NCBI GenBank assembly: GCA_963805625.1
Contig: CAWDVE010000017.1
Coordinates: forward strand, 672,001 to 736,000
Reading direction: 5' to 3'
Origin: an uncultured Candidatus Rokubacteria bacterium
GTDB taxonomy: Bacteria; Methylomirabilota; Methylomirabilia; Rokubacteriales; DASRDR01
DNA length: 64,000 bases
A model generated the notes under the pieces. The model saw only the letters and a program-made list of their open reading frames with translations. It was not told where the DNA came from and made no database searches. Numbering within the stretch: position 1 is the stretch's first letter; each line of letters starts with the position of its first letter. Made by a program: the position numbers and the translations under genes. Of the stretch, positions 61,100-64,000 are shown one piece after another.

Positions 61100-62599
61100 T
61101 CAGGGCGCGAGGCGCACGCGCAAGACCGACACGGAGTGCGCCGGGAACTCGTACTCGAGGCGGTCCCCCGCGGCCGGACGCCGGTGCTCGCGGACGCCGA
61201 CCCGGTCCGGGTGCTCGAAGGAGTTCGTGGCGCCCACCTCGGGGCCGTTGACCTCGGAGACGTGGAGCTCTCCGGTCGCTGTGGCGCCGCCCAGGTCGAT
61301 CGTCGCCGCGTGGCTCCGGTCGCGGTCGCGGTTGACGACCCCGATCGTCAGCTCGCGCCCGCCCTCGTCGCAGGTCGCGACGGCGTCGAGGAGGGAGAAC
61401 GGCCCGAGGTCGGCGACGTGGTGGACGCGGCCGAACGTCCGCTCCTCCAGCCCGGCCGGTAGGTCGTGACGGGGCGCGTCGACGTGAACGTCGAGCGCGA
61501 CGGTCCGCATGTGCTCGGCGTAGAGGCGCAGCGGATGGTAGATGGTCTGGAGGAACAGGCCTCGCGGGCTCGTGAAGATCGGCGCGATGGCGTTGACGAG
61601 CTGGGCGAGGTTGGCCATCCGGACGACCCGGCAGTGCCGGATGAAGCCGTGGAGGTAGGTGGCCACCGCCAGCGCGTCCGTGAGGTCGTAGCGCTCCTCG
61701 ATGCCGCTCACCCGGTCCTTCTCGGTCCGCGTCCGGTACCAGACGTTCCACTCGTCGAACGCGATGTCGATCGGATGGGTGAGCCGCTGCGTGTAGCGGG
61801 CGCGCTCGATCAGGGCCGCGCAGATGCGGATGGCCCGCTCCGCGTGGTGCGACTGGAAGACAGTGGTGTAGTGATCCGCCTGGCCCGTGTAGAGATGGAT
61901 GCTGTACCAGTCGATGATCGGAGCGAGCCCGTCGATGACGATCTGGTCCCAGTCGCTCCACCCGTTGTGGCCGCAGCCGATGAGCTGGATCTCGGGATCG
62001 GTGCGCTTCATGACCAGGGCGAAGGCCCGCGCCTTCTTGACGTAGTCCTCCGGGCTCAGGTGCCCGATCTGCCAGCTTCCGTACATCTCGTTGCCGAGTC
62101 CCCAGTAGCGCACGCGGTGGGGCTCGGGGTAGCCGTGACTCCGCCGGAGGTTCGCCCAGTGGGTGTTCCCTGTGCCGTTGCAGTACTCCACCCACGCCTG
62201 GGCCTCGTCCATCGTGCCCGAGCCCATGTTCACGCAGATGTACGGCTCCGTGTCGAGAACCCGGCAGTACTCGATGAACTCGTTCGTGCCGAAGCGGTTC
62301 GACTCCTCCGCGCACCATGCGAGCTCGCTGCGCCGGGGCCGGTCGTCGACCGGGCCGACGCCGTCGGTCCAGTGGTACCCGCTCACGAAGTTCCCCCCTG
62401 GCCAGCGGAGCACCGGCACGCGGAGCAGGCGGACCGCGTCCAGCACATCCCGCCGGAAGCCGCGCGCGTCGCTGAGCGGCGAGCCCTCCTCGAAGATGCC
62501 GCCGTAGATGCAGCGGCCGAGGTGTTCGATGAAGTTGCTGAAGATCCGCCGGTCCACGGTGCCGATCCGACGGGCGAGGTCGATCGTGATTCGCGCCAT
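61100..62599 (-). CDS. abfA: GH51 alpha-L-arabinofuranosidase
   Basis: 'F.EHLGRCIY.G', 'RWPGGNF', 'GNE', 'FDEWNVW', 'AQLVN.I'. Confidence 0.95.
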   Translation of the reverse strand: MARITIDLARRIGTVDRRIFSNFIEHLGRCIYGGIFEEGSPLSDARGFRRDVLDAVRLLRVPVLRWPGGNFVSGYHWTDGVGPVDDRPRRSELAWCAEESNRFGTNEFIEYCRVLDTEPYICVNMGSGTMDEAQAWVEYCNGTGNTHWANLRRSHGYPEPHRVRYWGLGNEMYGSWQIGHLSPEDYVKKARAFALVMKRTDPEIQLIGCGHNGWSDWDQIVIDGLAPIIDWYSIHLYTGQADHYTTVFQSHHAERAIRICAALIERARYTQRLTHPIDIAFDEWNVWYRTRTEKDRVSGIEERYDLTDALAVATYLHGFIRHCRVVRMANLAQLVNAIAPIFTSPRGLFLQTIYHPLRLYAEHMRTVALDVHVDAPRHDLPAGLEERTFGRVHHVADLGPFSLLDAVATCDEGGRELTIGVVNRDRDRSHAATIDLGGATATGELHVSEVNGPEVGATNSFEHPDRVGVREHRRPAAGDRLEYEFPAHSVSVLRVRLAP

Positions 62600-62636
62600 G
62601 CAGCTCCCTTCGAGGACGCGGATGAACGGCGCTGGC

Positions 62637-62666
62637 AGTCTAGGGGGCGGCCTTCGCGGTTGTCAA
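62637..62666 (-). promoter_or_regulatory. sigma70-like promoter for the GH51 gene
   Basis: Minus strand TTGACA-N18-TAGACT. Confidence 0.55.
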
Positions 62667-62740
62667 CGCGAGCGGGAGCTCCGAGGCGGCGGAGACGTGC
62701 TCCGCGAGCGCTCGCTGCCGCGTCGTCGCCCGTCGCGACG

Positions 62741-62769
62741 TTGACGCGCCGAGCGGCACTGACTATAGT
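62741..62769 (+). promoter_or_regulatory. sigma70-like promoter for the sugar SBP gene (divergent pair)
   Basis: TTGACG-N17-TATAGT. Confidence 0.65.
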
Positions 62770-62848
62770 CCCACCAAGGTCTCTCGCGCTGCCGAACGGC
62801 TCGATCAGATCCCATTCGCCACGCCGGATCCCGGGAGAGGAGGACGTC

Positions 62849-64000
62849 ATGGACGACGTCAGGAGCCAAGTAACCAAAGAACTCAGCCGTCGCCGATTCC
62901 TGGGGGGCGCGCTCGGCACTGCAGCCGCGCTGCCCGCGGTGGCGCGTCGAGCGTCGGCCCAGGCGAAGCCGACCATCACCTACTGGAACGGGCTCACGGG
63001 CGCCGACGGCAAGGTGATGGATGGACTGATCGAGCAGTTCACGAACGAAACCGGGATCAAGGTCGAGCAGCAGCGTATCCTCTGGCCGGACCTCTACGCG
63101 AAGCTCCAGGTCTCGGTGCCCGCCGGCGAGGGGCCGGACCTCTGTCTGATCCACACGGTCGAGGTGCCGCACTTTGCCAGCGACGGCATCCTCGACCCGA
63201 TGGAGCCGGGTTCCCTGGGGGCGAAGGGCTTCAAGGAAGAGGACTACCTGGTAGCGCCCTGGAAGGGGGGCGTCTACGAGGGGAAGCGCTACACGGTGCC
63301 GCTCGACGTGCCTCAGCACCTCCTGTACCTGAACGTGAAGGTGATGAAGGACGCCGGGCTCGCCGGACCGGACGGCCGGCCGAAGGTGCCCGCCAGCGGC
63401 GCGGAGCTCGTGGCGATGGCCAAGCAGGTCACCAAGAGTGACACGTTCGGTTTCGTCATCGGCAGCGGAACCATGGTTCCCAGGTACACGTGGGGCTTCC
63501 ATCACATGCTCTGGCAGAACGGCACGAACGTCTACGCGCCTGACCTCAAGCGTTCGGCGCTCAGCGAGCCGGCAGCGATCGAGGCGGCCGAGTTCTGGGG
63601 AGCATTCTCCGCCCAGCACAAGGTGGCGCCTCCTCCGACCGCGAACCCCCGGGACGTGTTCATTGCTGGCAAGCTCGGTCTGTGGCTGGCCGGGTCCTGG
63701 AACGTCGCCGGTCTGCGTGAGGCCAAGGTGGACTTCGCGGTGGCGCCCATGCCGCGTCTCCTGAAGGAGCCCGTCGTCTGGACGATCCCGCATCAGTACT
63801 CGTTCCCCAAGCCCAAGACTGCCGACCCGGCTAAGCGCGACGCGGCCTGGGCGCACATCCGCTGGATGACCGACCACGTGGCCGAGTGGACGCTCAAGGC
63901 CGGACAGGTCTCGGCCTTCCGGAAGGCTCATTCGGATCCGCGCATCACGAGCGATCCGGTCCTGCGCACTCTCCTGGCCCAGGCACCGAACTGGCAGGTG
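62849..64000 (+). CDS. Carbohydrate ABC transporter substrate-binding protein (Tat signal), runs off the right edge
   Basis: AGGAGG RBS; 'SRRRFLG', 'TYWNGLTG.DG', 'G.GPD', 'Y.GK.Y.VPLD', 'LY.N'. Missing from the ORF track because it has no stop. Confidence 0.92.
   Translation, partial: MDDVRSQVTKELSRRRFLGGALGTAAALPAVARRASAQAKPTITYWNGLTGADGKVMDGLIEQFTNETGIKVEQQRILWPDLYAKLQVSVPAGEGPDLCLIHTVEVPHFASDGILDPMEPGSLGAKGFKEEDYLVAPWKGGVYEGKRYTVPLDVPQHLLYLNVKVMKDAGLAGPDGRPKVPASGAELVAMAKQVTKSDTFGFVIGSGTMVPRYTWGFHHMLWQNGTNVYAPDLKRSALSEPAAIEAAEFWGAFSAQHKVAPPPTANPRDVFIAGKLGLWLAGSWNVAGLREAKVDFAVAPMPRLLKEPVVWTIPHQYSFPKPKTADPAKRDAAWAHIRWMTDHVAEWTLKAGQVSAFRKAHSDPRITSDPVLRTLLAQAPNWQV

Overview
High-GC (roughly 70%, judged by eye) bacterial chromosomal window. 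The gene families (tandem-GAF kinase, 'INLR.AKAIGLTIPQSLLL.ADEII' binding-protein remnant, many TRAP/ABC systems) suggest Candidatus Rokubacteria / Methylomirabilota; this is an inference. I see no rRNA, tRNA, CRISPR array or transposase. Main intact loci: PAS-PAS hybrid kinase; TRAP transporter with an amidohydrolase and a single-barrel MetE-like gene; a tandem pair of secreted MBL-fold proteins with non-canonical metal motifs, each followed by an ~80-bp inverted-repeat element; a cupredoxin / Cys-rich membrane protein / cupin run; large MscS; double-SBP MltF-like transglycosylase; rhomboid; SsuABC-type ABC operon; PaaK-like ligase with a methyltransferase; thiol-peroxide cluster; HExxH peptidase with an ATP-grasp ligase; a ~2,430-aa soluble kinase with 12 tandem GAF domains in an operon with a single-domain response regulator and a REC-class III cyclase, flanked on both sides by broken toxin-antitoxin modules; amidase with a small partner; DUF1207 barrel; EEP; YcaQ; GH51; sugar SBP. 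About a dozen eroded gene remnants are scattered through the window, several with deletions at apparent microhomologies. All family calls are from motif recognition, not database searches, and start codons were chosen by eye.
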